This document shows, one piece after another, positions 15,460 to 33,929 of a stretch of 64,000 nucleotides of DNA (position 1 is its first letter; the number at the start of each line of letters is the position of its first letter). The DNA lies in NCBI RefSeq assembly GCF_009914755.1, contig NC_060942.1; one strand, given 5' to 3'. A model generated the notes under the pieces. It saw only the letters and a program-made list of their open reading frames with translations. It was not told the DNA's origin and did no database searches. This DNA is from the human T2T-CHM13v2.0 reference genome, Homo sapiens. The position numbers and the translations under genes are program-made.

Positions 15460-16890
15460 TTTTTAACATTTTATGTGCAAAAATTTTAAACATAACAGTT
15501 TAAAATATGTGTTACAAATATAAAAACAGTACAGAAAACTGCCATATATACTTCACCCGGATAGACTGATTATTATTTTACTATTATGTTTTATAGTTTG
15601 AATTCTATTTCACACATGTGTATGTGCATATATGTTTATGTTTATATACAAATACATAAACATAAATTTTTTCTGAACCATTTGTAAGTTGCACCCCGGA
15701 CATTTTCCCCTAAATACTTCAGTATGTATTTCCTAAGAACAGAGAAATTTTTTTATATAATTAAAATATTTCGGTATATATAATATTGACATAATATTTA
15801 ATCTACCATCAATAGCATTATTATTAATTATTATTATTACTATTATATTGAGATGGGGTCTCGCTCTGTCATCCAGGCTGGAGTGATCTTGGCTCACTGC
15901 AACCTCTGCCTCCCGGATTCAAGCAATTCTCCCACCTCAGCCTCCCGACTAGCTGTGATTACAGGGGCGCACCAGCACGCCCGGCTAATTTTTGCATTTT
16001 TAGTAGACACAGGGTTTCACCATGTTGGCCAATTTCATATTATTTTTAATTGGACATATTATATGCTTTGTAGCATTTTACTTTTCTCTAAGTCTGAATC
16101 TGATCTAGGATTAAATATTACATTTCACTGCCACATAGCTTCAGTGTTCTTAATCCTGGAACATTACCACAATGTTTCTTTATCTTTTACAATATAGTAC
16201 TTTAAAATAGAATCATTCTCCCTTTTTTACTTTTAATATAAAATGTTTTTATCAAGGATTTGTATGACATTCATTCATGGTTAAATTTACGTTCTGCGTT
16301 CCACACTTTTATGCTGCATAAGCTATGTTGTGTCCTCAGACAATCACGTCTGGAGGCATAGAATGGCCATCTGTCTATCACTGATGATGCTAATTCTGAT
16401 TCTCTGGTCCACTGTAGACTTTTTTCTCATGTAATTAATAAGCAATCCATGGAAAGACATTTTAAGATTGTGTGCATATCCTCATCAATATTTTCCCTGA
16501 AATTTAGCATCCATTAATGGGTTTGCATGAGCCAATCTTCATAGCGATGTCACAAAATAATATTTTTCTATTTCAAGCCTTCCCTCTGAATTTACTTGTT
16601 GGCATTCAAGTTTATGTTCTGTAAATAACAGTACTCGTAAGTCAGATTTAATTTAATATTATTTATTTACTTATTATAACTTAAGACTCACAGATTTCAA
16701 ATATTTAATACTTTATAATTTATTATTGTGTCAACTCATGATGTTGCTCAAATTGACCCAGATATGGCTAGCTCCTGTGTCCTTCTGGCATGTCCTCTTC
16801 ATTTTTAGGAGGTCATCGAATTACTTTTTGTTGTAACCAAATAATCCAGTATTATCTTGTATTTATTTTGCTTTGGTCCATTATTCTGCC
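15460..16890 (-). mobile_element. Old L1 (L1MC/ME-like) 3' region
   Basis: Degenerate motifs (cccctaaatacttcagtatgtatttcctaagaac; gccatttctccaaggagtcc). Confidence 0.6.
15818..16031 (-). mobile_element. 5'-truncated AluS with (ATT)n tail
   Basis: gagatggggtctcgctctgtc ... gggtttcaccatgttggcca. Confidence 0.9.
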
Positions 16891-17924
16891 ATTTCTCCAA
16901 GGAGTCCTACTCAAAGCATTTCTTTTAACCTTAGAAAATCAGAAAATTGCTTAGAAATAGTTGTAGATCATTATTTATATTTTCATAAAAGACCCACTAC
17001 TACATCTGAAAAGGAGGATAATCAAATGCCCTGCTTATATTTTTATCTTTGGATATTCATAAAGAGAACTTTCATTATTTAATATGCCATCCAAAGTTCA
17101 TAGAAGATAATATCCATGATCTTATTGTAGACTTGTAACCATTTTGACAATTTAATTTTTTAAGAAAAATGGCAAGTCACAAAAATTATCAAAAGGCCAA
17201 AACCATCTAAATCTGTAAAATTATTTCAAATGCCAGTTGCTGTCAGGTGTAGTTTCATGGCTTTTTGCATTAAAACCTGTTATCAAACTGTAGAAATAAA
17301 TATTCCTTTTCATTATCACATTTTATGTAGTGATTCAGAAGGCAGTTGAGTTTTATCGTTTGAACGTATTAGCAATTGTGTAAAATTCAGGGAGACTCTA
17401 GACTTTAATTCAGACCCTGGGGCAGTCAATACTTGCCAGAACCAACTCTCAGGTAAGGAAAATCAACTTATTTCAGTAGGAGAACTCCTCTTTTTGTTTT
17501 TGTTTTTTAAATAAGTAGACATTGACTTGCCCTATTTCAGGGTCACAGTTTTAGCAAGAGGCAGAAGCAGCAAAAACATGTAAACCTAAAAAATCCTTCA
17601 GGAATCTTCTCCAATAAGCCACTAGGTTGTATGTTGTGAGTGGCACAGAGGTAGCAATAGCTTCTCACCACCCCACATACCACCAGCAGGTTGTGGGCAC
17701 AATCACAGCTGTGTGCTATGGGTGAAAACGACTCTGTTTGAGGTCTGCCTAAAGGATGGGTATCCCCTGGTCAGATCAGGAAGATCATGGACTGATCTTT
17801 GCTGGTATATTTTTATTGAATGTGAAATGTCTGTGCCCTAAAAAGAAATAGTGATTTAGGATATTTGCAGGTTAATTAACTTACATTTTTAAAGGAAATA
17901 AAACCAGGTATACCTGCTTAAACA

Positions 17925-18845
17925 GGTATCTGTTCCCCTGTGTTCATTGCAGCACTATTCACAATTGCCAATATATAGAATAGATCTGAGTGTCCATCAG
18001 TGGATGAATACATAAAGAACATGCAGTATATATACACAATGGAATACTATCCAGCTTTAATAAAGAGGAAAATCTTGTCATTTTGGATGGCATAGATGAA
18101 TCAAGAAGACATTATGTTAAGTGAAACAATTCAAGCCCAGAAAGAAGCAGGGACTAGAATGATGGTTACCAGGGACTGAGGGTGAAGAGAGTTGGGGACA
18201 TGCTGGCTAAAGAAGGGGTCCCCAAGCTCTGGACCACAGACCAGTATCAGTCCATGGCCTGTTAGGAACCGAGCCACACAGCCAGAGGTGAGTGGCAGGT
18301 AAGCAAGCGAGCATTACTGCCTGAGCTCTGCCTCCTGCCAAACCAGTGCGACATTAGATTCTCAAAGGAGCACGAACCCTATTGGGAACTGTGCATGTGA
18401 GGGATCTAGGTTGTGTGCTTCTCATGAGAGATTAATTAAAGCCTGATAATCTAAGGTGGAACAGTTTCATCCTGAAACCATCCTCCCAACTCTAGCTCTG
18501 TTTGTGGAAAAATTGTCTTGCACAAAACCAGTTCCTGGTTGGGGACCAAACCAAAAAATTTGGGGACCCCTGGGACCCCTGGGCCAAAGGATACAAAATT
18601 TCATTTATATAAGAGGAATAAGTTTTAAAAATCTATTGTACAGCATGATGACTATAGTTAACAATGTGTATTGTGTTTGTAAGACTTGCCAAAAGAGTAG
18701 ATATTCAGTGCTCTCATCACAAAAAAATGATAAGTATGTGAGTAAGGCATATGTTAATTAGCTCAATTTAACCACTCCACGATGTACCCATAGTATAAAC
18801 AACATGCATATGATACATCTATACAATATTTTTGTCAATTAAAAG
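17925..18845 (+). mobile_element. L1MA-type 3' end split by MER1B
   Basis: gttcattgcagcactattcacaat ... tttttgtcaattaaaa. Confidence 0.85.
18213..18581 (+). mobile_element. MER1B-like hAT-Charlie non-autonomous DNA transposon
   Basis: TIRs aggggtcccc / gggacccctg; 8-bp TSD ggctaaag (18205-18212) vs ggccaaag (18582-18589); internal ggcctgttaggaacc motif. Confidence 0.9.
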
Positions 18846-19517
18846 TTAATTAATTAGAAAACGAATTTCACCCTTTCTTCCCACCGTATCCTAAATTCCC
18901 AAACTTATAATCCATGGGGTGTCATTATACTCACTCCTATCCATGATACTTTTCCCCCTTGCATACAACTTAGTTTTGCTTCTTTATTCCTTTACTGTGC
19001 TCTCTTGGATAAGCCACACCATTTTTAAATGTAACTCTCTGCCTATCGTTATCAATGGTCTCGAAGCTGAACTTGGGAAAAAATACAAAACCACGGGGGC
19101 TGCTCTCCATGTCAATTCATGATCAACAACTCCAAGGAGGCACTCGAAGTTTCTGGCAGTCAGACGATCCTTCTGTAGTGCTTCCTCTCTCTCACTCTAC
19201 TAGATGACTGTTAAATGATTCTAGCATTTCTACAAACCTCCCCTTCCCTTGGTTTCAGTTGCTTATCAAGTTTGCTAGTTAAGAATTTGGTTTTTTTTTT
19301 TTTTTTTTTTTTATTATACTCTAAGTTTTAGGGTACATGTGCACATTGTGCAGGTTAGTTACATATGTATACATGTGCCATGCTGGTGTGCTGCACCCAC
19401 TAATGTGTCATCTAGCATTAGGTATATCTCCCAATGCTATCCCTCCCCCCTCCCCCGACCCCACCACAGTCCCCAGAGTGTGATATTCCCCTTCCTGTGT
19501 CCATGTGATCTCATTGT

Positions 19518-21473
<1,956 letters not shown>

Positions 21474-22222
21474 GAATTTGAAGCAGTTTAAAGGGAACTT
21501 TGAAAAACAACTAACCACCTGCTGCTGAGCCCACATATTCCTTCTTCACTCTTGGATAAATTTTTGCCATGTCCAGGTAAGATCCACATCTCTAATTATG
21601 CATAGATTCATCCTCTCTTCTTCGAGAAAAACCTCTGATCTTCTGCTTTAACGATTTTTATCTCTTACTGAATTATTCACATTAGCATACAAAATGCTGC
21701 TATGACTTTTATTTTAAAATGAGCGGCTTCTGCAACACTTCCCTTTGAGCCACAACTCCATTTCTCTAGTCGTTGTTACACAAAAACTCTCTCTAAGAGT
21801 AATGTGTATGTTTTTCTCTGCCTATTTTTTTTCTTGAACACATTCCATTCATGATTTTTTTCCTTCCACTATAGCAAAAATGCTATTGTCATGATTAACA
21901 TTGACCAATCCTTTCACAAATCCAACATTAATTTTTTATTCATCATCATAGTTTACTTATAAGCAATAGTTGTTAATTATTCCCTTCTCATTGAGTCACT
22001 TTTTTAAAATTTTGCTTCTGAAATGCCATATTTGCCTTCCTACCACTTTTGTTTTTTAAAAATATTTATTTTTCCTTTAAATGATTCTTTCTTATCAATT
22101 GGACCTATCTATTTTGGAGCACTTCAGGATTCTGTTCACAGACAGTTAATTTCTATTTTCTGTCTATATTCAGTCCCCAGGTGATATTATTCAAGTTCAC
22201 ATTTCATGTTTTGGATTATTCG

Positions 22223-22224
<2 letters not shown>

Positions 22225-22258
<34 letters not shown>
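22225..22258. repeat. (TG)n microsatellite
   Basis: Read directly, one interruption. Confidence 0.95.
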
Positions 22259-22260
<2 letters not shown>

Positions 22261-22664
22261 TAAATATATATCTCCAGTCTAAATATTTTCTCTGAACTCC
22301 AGAATAACCACTTCTTCCTTCTTTTTCTCAGTCATAAGCCATGGTATCATCCTCAACTCTTCTGCTTTCTTCCTATCCCACATGTAGTTTATAATATTAT
22401 ACCCTCTCAATATATCAAGGATATGAACACATCTCTGTCATCACTGCCTAAACCCAGATTCAAGTCACCATGAGATCTTCTTGCCTGAAATATTGCAAAG
22501 CCTTTCCAAAGAATATTCCTGCTTTTAATACCTGTTTCCCTTCAGGATATCCTCAAAATAGAAGCCACAGTAATCATTTCAAAACATATGCCAAGTCATT
22601 TTTATTACTTGATTCAAAATACTCCCAAATGTACTCAGAAAATAACAAAAGCCAAAGTTATTAA

Positions 22665-23093
<429 letters not shown>

Positions 23094-23394
23094 TAAACAC
23101 CCAAGTACTTTCTAGAACTCAGTGTCTGGTATATGTTTCTTCTGCCTGGAATGCTCCCTGACATCACTCAACTCTTTTTTCTAGTCACTTTCTCTGCAAA
23201 GATTGTGCTATAAGCCCATTTTAAAATTTCAATACTGCCCAACTTGCTAATTCCGTTTCCTGGTTTACTTTTTTGTGTAGCTTTTCCCACTAACATATTA
23301 TAAATATTCACTCATTCACTGCATATTATATGCATTTCACAGTAGAATATAGGCTCAATGAGGCCAGAAAATGTTGTCTATTTTTTTCTCTTCT

Positions 23395-23754
23395 TGTGTT
23401 AGTCTATCACCCTTCTAATAAAGACATACATGAGACTAGGTAATTTATAAAGGAAAAAGGTTTAATGTACTCACAGTTCCACATGGCTGAGGAGGCCTCA
23501 CAATCATGGCAGAAGGTGAATGAGGAACGAAATCACATCTTACATGGCAACAGGAAAGAGAGTGTGTGCAGGGTAACTCCCTTTTATAAAACCATCAGAT
23601 CTCATGAGACTTATTCACTATCATGAGAACAGCACAAGAAAGACCCGCCCCATGATTCAGGTGCCTCACTCTGGGTCCCTCCCACTACATGTGAGGATTA
23701 TGGGAGCTACAAGTCAAGATGAGATTTGGGTGGGGACACACCCAAACTATATCA
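23395..23754 (-). mobile_element. THE1 (B/C-like) solo LTR
   Basis: tgtgttagtc...tatatca, 360 bp, perfect 5-bp TSD cttct. Confidence 0.93.
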
Positions 23755-25124
23755 CTTCTATAACCCTGCCCTCATAAAAGTACCTTGATGAGATGTATTT
23801 GTTTAATTAATTAAAATTAAATAGACAACAAATACTTTATTGTTATCTTCTAATAACACTTTAAGCAAAGTGTCCTTTGATACAATATTTTATACCATTG
23901 ATCCCTTATCCAAAAAATGAACACCTCCACTCCAAATTATATATCTCTCTCAGATTTGGGGAGCTCTACCAACATTCTCTTGCAAGTATTTAACTGAAAA
24001 TAATGCTGCTAGGTTTTCTCAGTCCATGTTACATATGAGGAACTCTTGAGCTATAGACAATTTTTAAGCCACATTCCATTGTATTACTGTTTGATAGCTT
24101 ATGGAGAAGACTACCATGAAGAACATTAGATTATTTGTTATCTTTCTTGATCTTTACATGGCCTTTGTTTCTAAGAAAAAATAATTGCTTACAGCCTAAG
24201 TTTGACTAGCTAAATATAGAGTCCCACCAGCTTTGTCGTGGACACTGATGTATTACTGCAAAATTATGATCCGGTAGGAAAGAGTCGGGTGTATATTTCA
24301 GAATTGGTGGGGAAGGAAGGGTCCTGTCTTGCCCTGCTGTTCTTTCCACTTCCTCTCTCCCATTGTTTATTCTTTTTGGATAGGGTAGCTGGACTGGACT
24401 TTCTAACACCACCATCAAGATAAATTTATAAACATTATTATTTTTGTTATTCCCAAAAGTTACAGAAACATAAATGTTCTACTAGATGTGGAGCGAAGAG
24501 ACAACTGAGACCCTTGCCTATCCATGAGCATTTGGAAGGAATAATTAAAGATCAGCCATTTCCAAGATTAAATTACTATTTTGAGATCCTGGTAGTGTTT
24601 AGCTGACTTACAAACTGTATGATCTTAAACTATGACACTGTTCACTTGATGCATATTTTGCAAAAAGGTTTTCCTGCCCAGTCAAGCAGGAAGTTGCACT
24701 TTCCTAAGCTGAGCAATCTCTGGTTGATTTATTTGGGATGAGATCCTAACTTTTTTATTTTGGATGAGACTAATGTCTAGTTCTACCTTGTCAGGATTAG
24801 ACTGACATAAATTTGATGAATAGATGAAAATAATGTAAAATGAGGAATGTAGCGTTGCTTAATTCCAGTTTCCTCACATGGCTACTTAATTCACTGATGA
24901 AGCTTGAAATATTTTCAGTCCTCAAGTCTCACACATGCCTATATTTCAAATATACCTTTGCAAATGAAATAGATTAAGAAACACTGGGCTGCTGGATGAT
25001 GCTACACTGCTTGCCACCAACATTTACATAAAATAATTATCACGCACATATGCAAACACTCCTATGCTTACACATTTTCTTATGTTTTAATGTATTCATC
25101 TAACTGAAACTTTATACCTGTTGA

Positions 25125-25507
<383 letters not shown>

Positions 25508-25531
25508 AAGTTTTACTATTTTAAATACATC

Positions 25532-25893
25532 TGATGTGGTTTGGCTTTGTGTCCCCACCAAAATCTCATCTTGAATTGTAATCCCCGGGTGTTGAGGGAG
25601 GAAACTGGTGGGAAGTGATTGGATCTTGGGAGTGGTTTCCCCCATGCTGTTCTCATGATAGTGTGTGAGTTCTCGTGAGATCTGATGGTTTATAACTGAC
25701 AAGTTCCCCCTTCACTCTCTCTCTTCTCTCCTGCCACCATGTGAAGAAGATGTCTGCTTCCCCTTCCGCCATGATTGTAAATTTCCTGAGGCCTCCTCAG
25801 CCATGCAGAACCATGAGTCAATTAAATGTATTTCCTTTATAAATTACCCAGTCTTGGGTATTTTTTATAGCAGTGTGAAAACAGATTAATACA
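25532..25893 (+). mobile_element. THE1 (D-like) solo LTR
   Basis: tgatgtggtttggct...taataca; perfect TSD acatc. Confidence 0.92.
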
Positions 25894-26734
25894 ACATCAT
25901 ATACACAGAATCACGCAGTATTTGTTCTTCTGTGACTGGCTTATCTTACTCAGCAAAATGCCCTCCAGGTTAATCCATGTTGTCACTTACAACAGGATTT
26001 GCTTCTTTTGTAAGGTGGAATGACATTCTGCTCTATGTATATACCACATGTCCTTTATTTAGTCATCCATCAGTGGACATTTTTAATTCGGCCAATGCCA
26101 TCTTGTTTTTAATCTTTGGTGCCTAATTGTCTTACACTTAGAATTTCCCCACTTTGAAATTACTTAAGAATATTTAAAATATTTTATAAGGTTTTAATAT
26201 TTTAAATCAATATGATTTAGTCAAAATTCAAGTCTTAACTTAGGTAAAATCTATATGCAATGAAAAGAGTATTGTAAGTGTACAGAATAACGAGTTTACA
26301 GAAATGTATGCAACACGTAACTATACCCTGATTGAAATATGGAAGATTCCTATCACCCCAGAAATGTTATTGACTTTTTAGATGAAGGCCAACACAATTC
26401 TAGTGTTTCATTTAAGGGAATCATGCTGTCTTTACTCTTCTGCATCTGGCTTCATTCATTCTGCATTAAGCTTTTGGAATTTACCCATGTGGATGTGTGT
26501 GTCACAAGTTCAATACTAACTTGCATTCTGTTTTAGGGATAGACCACAATTTATGTATTCACTGGCTGGTTGACATATGGGCTATTTTCATTTTGAGGCT
26601 TTTAAAAATAAAGTTTAATGAGCATTCAAGGACAGACCAGTATAGTATTTCAAGTATGGTATTTCAGTACTCACTGAAAAATAACCTCATAATGTATCTA
26701 GGACCTAATTGTCTTTCATGACAAAAAATAAATA

Positions 26735-27439
<705 letters not shown>

Positions 27440-28183
27440 TGCATGCATATTTTTATCTGTCTGGGGTTCATACCTAGAAGTAGAATTTCTGGGTCATGAA
27501 GTAAGTATGTGTTTACTTTGACAAGAACTATAAAGCTGATTTCCAAAAAAAAAAAAATATATAAATGTACAAGAAGTAAAGTGTGAGCTCTAGTTACTCC
27601 ACATCCCTGAAAACTACACATAAGCTAAGAATACAAGTTGACCAAGATAAGCCACCATGCAAGCCATTAATCCTACTTCTAACTGTTTACCTAAGGAAAA
27701 TAAGAACATATATGTTCACAGAGACCTACATGTGAACGCTCATAGAAGACTTAATAGCCCATAATTGGAAAAAAAAAAGGTCATTGACTACAGAATGGAT
27801 AAACAATGTTTAAACACATATAATATCAACATAACGTTTTGATGTTGACCTTGATCTCATGGCTGAATAATTTTATAATTGAAGTGCTTAGATTATTTGC
27901 ACATGATGGAATTAATGCTGAACATGAAAACATCACCATACTAGTAATTATTTTTAATTGGCTCATCTTTTCTGTTTCCCCCTCATTTTTATTTTCTTTA
28001 AAATAATTTTTTATGGATGATTTTCTTACTTTTGATGATTTACTAGCAATTTCTCCTCTTTTGTTGTTTTGTACTTTAAATTTTATAGCATTAAATATAA
28101 TTTTTAGGTTATGAAGTCATTTGTTTATTGTACTACATTTACAAAGAAAGGAGATAATGCACTCAGTAGAAAGAATAAAAATG

Positions 28184-28516
<333 letters not shown>

Positions 28517-28792
28517 CTATCTTTAAAGGACAGCAAATAGAAATCCTTTAGTGAGATCATGGCAATTTGACAATATTATTATTAAGTTCAGTAAAGGCAT
28601 GTGGTGTACGTGGAAGATCAGGTTCCACAGGTGCAGCTTTCTACATCTTCTAATTCATCTGGTTCCTTAAATGATAGTGGAGAAAGCCCTTATTTGCTGG
28701 AGAAGCATTTCCAAATGAAGTTACAGGTTCTCTCTCCTTATTAAAATGTCCTGTCAATTATGAAAACTGGGCCTTTTGTTTGTATGTTTTCT

Positions 28793-29186
<394 letters not shown>

Positions 29187-29289
29187 GCCCCTGCCCAGCA
29201 CCAGAGCAGAGATCAAACACTGACCCTCCACCCCTCCCCTCCAAGCATTTTCCTCTTCCCTTTTCAGGGTGAAGCTCTTCCTTCAAGGG

Positions 29290-29457
29290 TATATATAAAT
29301 ATCACATATATATGTGTGTGTATATATATATCACATATATGTGTGTATATCACATATATGTGTGTATATATATCACATATATGTGTGTGTGTATATATAT
29401 CACATATATATGTGTGTGTGTATATATATATATATCACATATATATGATACATATGT
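29290..29457. repeat. Compound (TA)/(TG) micro-minisatellite with unit atatcacatatatgtgtgt
   Basis: About six imperfect units read directly. Confidence 0.92.
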
Positions 29458-29829
29458 ACTTGAAGAAAGGTATATGTAGGAAGGTACAGGACATCTTAGG
29501 TGAATTTGGCCTTGATTGGACTCTGCCAAAGACTAGTGGACTCAAATGTGAAACTGCCTCTTGCCCTGTACCCTTGCCTTCCCATTAGGACTTCCTTGAA
29601 ATTGCAAGCGTCCTTTTTAAGAAAAGCTATGAAGGTAAGTGAGCCCATCCTTTTACTCATTGACTGTAAGAGTAAAGTTTTCTAGTGCAGATCATATTGC
29701 CAGCAGAAGGATGAGGAGGGGAAAGGGTGTTAATTCTTTGTACAGCATTAACAGACAGGGACACTAAACTTGCAGTTTCTAGGCTGTAGTATAATTTTTA
29801 ATTTATTTCAGTCTTTCTTCAAAGAACAT

Positions 29830-30640
29830 TGTGTCAGTTACAGTGTAAAGAGCTTACAGCTGCGGATGCCATTTTCTCTCTCAGCTCTGTGCTATTGTGT
29901 TCCTACATGCTACTTCATTGTAGGTGCCAAACACAACAAAAAATATTTATAGTTAATTTTTTGGCTCTCATTGTTTAATTATCTTTTAAAGACTTTAAAT
30001 AACTAATGTTAATTTATTTTCCATGTACCCGTATTAAGACTGTGAGGTAGTTTTCATTCTTTGTGCATGTACGTGTTTCCATCTGGTGTCATTTTCACTC
30101 TATCTAAAAGACTCCTCTTAATTTTTTTTAAGTACAAGTGTACTGGTGATGAGTTTTTTCAGCTCCAATATTTCTAAAAAAGATTTCATTTGGCTTTCTG
30201 TCTTGAAATCTGTTTTTTCCTGGTTCTGTTTGGTTGTCCCTCTCAGAAACTCTCAAGTACTATGCTAGGGCAATTATAGGGCTGATTTTTTAGTTTCTCT
30301 TTACTCAGTAAACTCTGCCTTGCTCTGACTGATGTCCAAGGTCTGAAAATTATTATGTAATGTGTTTTTCCAAATTGGTTTGTTGTTCAACAAGGGAGAG
30401 TACATCCACCTCCTATTACTCCATCTTAGATACACCTGGATTCTCTCCCGCCCAGAAAGTTCTTATTTAAAAACTTGACATCCCAGGTAATACGCTGTAA
30501 AGAGACTTGGGCTCTTATTTTTTGGAGGCTTTTATTATTGTTGCCATTGTATTGCTTGTTAGTTGTTTTGGTAACTTGCTTGGAGCCCAGCTGTAAGATC
30601 TGTTTCTCTCATGATACGCAGCTGTTAATGACTTCTTCAT
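29830..30640 (-). mobile_element. Highly decayed L1M fragments
   Basis: Weak L1 antisense motifs (tactggtgatgagttttttcagc; ctctgactgatgtccaaggtctgaaaa). Confidence 0.45.
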
Positions 30641-31735
30641 CACAGTCAAGCTTCCCCTAGAAGGGAGAGGCAGAAATGCTGTAAAAGCCCCATCCTAGAA
30701 GCTTGGGCACACCAGGCCTTCCTAAAATTCAGGCTACATCATGAGACCTGATAGTAGCTCCCCTGCCCCGCTGTGAGGTTTGCACCTAATACTGTGGCAG
30801 CAGTCTACTGAGTATGGAGGGGCAAGGTGTGAAAAGAGGTCCCCTCGGAGCTGTATACAGGGCCTGCTGAAAGCTGGGGCAGGAACAGAAGAAAAAGCCT
30901 CCGGCTTTGGGGGCGTCACACAAAGCAAAAGGTAGCAGAAATTATGGCAATAAAGGAACACAAATCCAGCTCAACCACTGGCTAGGTTGCCTCAGGCTCC
31001 CACATTGAAAGCCCCTTAGACTCAGGACCTTCAGATTATGAGACTGACGTGTTGCATATTGCATTAAGGAGGCAATTAATACTTCATGATCTCACTTATA
31101 CATGGAATCTAAAAGCATGCTAATCTCATAAAGGTTAACAATAGAATGAAACCAAAATAATATGCTGTGGAATGTATATTATATTGTTTGTGTACCTGTG
31201 TATTACTATGCATATTTGTTTTTTACTTGATGCATTGTATTATACACTGTAATTAAATATACATTCAGGCATTATGTGTGCAGTTTAGTGTGTTGTAATG
31301 ACATTGTGTATATTTAGTTTTAGCAGACTATTTTTCTTTTTCGTCTTCATTTTAAAGTGTGCAATTAGATTTAGTTCAGTTACTGCAAAATGTTAGCAGA
31401 AGATGTTGGGCCCTGGTGAAATGGGAAATGAAGATTATGGTCCCCAGAGGTGGCAAATTAGAAATTTAAAGCACATGAGAATATATATTTTTAGTGTTAC
31501 GTATTTTAAAATTTATAATTTAAAAATATTTTTAATATTGTCCATAATACACAGCCCTGTAGTACAATGGAAGGATATGTGACATGGCTTTACACAAAGA
31601 TCTGAGGTTGTAACTCTCACAATAAACTTATTTGCCAATTCTTCTATGTACATAAACAAAATAATAATTAATTAATTAACAAATACAACATCAACCGTTT
31701 TCAAGTTTGCAATATGCTTTAAAATGCATTCAATA

Positions 31736-32065
<330 letters not shown>

Positions 32066-32171
32066 TCATAGAGAACACACCATTAGTAGGGTTGTGGTTA
32101 CTGCTGTTCTTCAATTTAGAGATGAGAAAAATAACAGGTAAAAATTTTGGCAATCTAACATACATAATCTA

Positions 32172-32721
32172 TGTATTAGTCATGGTTCTCTAGAGGGACA
32201 GGACTAATATGGTAGATGTATGTATAAAGGTGAGTTTATTAAGGAGTATTGACTCACACGATCTCAAGGTTAGGTCCCACAATAGGCTGTCTACAAGCTG
32301 AGGAGCAAGGAAGCTAGCCCGAGTCCCAAAACCTCAAAAGTGGGGAAGCTGTTAGTGTAGCCTTCAGCCTGTGGCCGAAGGCCTGAGAGCCCCTGGCAAA
32401 CCACTGGTGTAGGTCCAAGAGTCCAAAAGCTGAAGAAGCTGGAGTCTGATGTTCAAGGGCAGGAAGCATGTCGTTCAGGAGAAAGATGGAGGCCATAGGA
32501 CTCAGCAAGTCTAGTCTTTCCACGTTCTTCTGGCTGCTTTTATTCTGGCCGCGCTGGCAGCTGATTAGATGGTGCTCACCCAGATGGAGGGTGGGTCTGC
32601 CTCTCCAACTCCACTAACTCAAATGTTAATCTCCTTTATCAACGTCCTCGCAGACACACCCAGGAACAATACTTTGCATCCTTGAATCCAAACAAGTTGA
32701 CATTCAGTGTTAACCATCACA
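32172..32721 (-). mobile_element. MLT2A (HERV-L) solo LTR
   Basis: tgtattagtcatggttctctagaggg...ttaaccatcaca; perfect TSD atcta. Confidence 0.93.
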
Positions 32722-33592
32722 ATCTATGACAGTCTTTGTTCAGTTAAAATTTACTTTGGTAAATTAATTGTAAATTAGCTCTAGCAGACATAAGGAACAT
32801 ATTTTCTTCATATTGTTAAACAAATAACATATAAGTCGTATCAAAATATTTCTAAAGTAACCTGGCAGAAAAGCTTTCTCATAGACATTCTTCTCCTTAC
32901 CCATTTCCTTTATAGAATTCTGTTTCACTTTCTCCTTTCCACAGAAATTATTTCAGAATAAAACTGAAAAAAACTCTGTCTTTTTTTAGTTGAGTGTAAA
33001 CTAATTCATTTTAAAGAGATTTTAGAAGGACTGTTTTTGAACTAACATGCTGAGTAGCTTTGCATCTTTTATTGACACATTGCAGCAGAAAAGTCATTGT
33101 CCATTTTAATCTGTGTTGATTTATTCATTATTGTGGATTTATTCTATAGTGATTCAGTAACACTTAGCAAACTTTAATTCTCAACTCATTATATCTTGGG
33201 AGGAGTTATATATGCTTCATCACTCTCATCTTCCTAGTCTAGAACATCTTTGAATTACACTCTCACTTCTGTATAATGTATAATCAGATGAACTTCTGAG
33301 CATTCTTCAAAATACTACAAAGTATGTAAGATGAAGCATTTTCATTTTGGTGAGGAAAACTATCAAATTCATTTTTTCTTTTTCTTTGCACCTTTTAAAA
33401 ATTAATGACTGATGTACTTAAATGTATGTTCTTTAAGGTTGAAATAAGGGAAAATGTTCTCAAAGGTAAAATGTATAGCTTTCATTGAGGCAAACATTTT
33501 TAGCAAGTTTAACAGCAAACAAATATTAAATGGGGCATAAAACAAAGTACATCACTGATATATGCAACTGAGAATGACGTTGAAAATGTTGA

Positions 33593-33929
<337 letters not shown>

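Noticed and set aside
27445-27810. Antisense then sense L1ME pieces as a fourth twin-priming event
   Set aside because: The pieces overlap in L1 coordinates, are highly diverged and show no TSD
29290-29457. Repeat array resembling CRISPR repeats
   Set aside because: Low-complexity tandem units without unique spacers, no cas genes, human context
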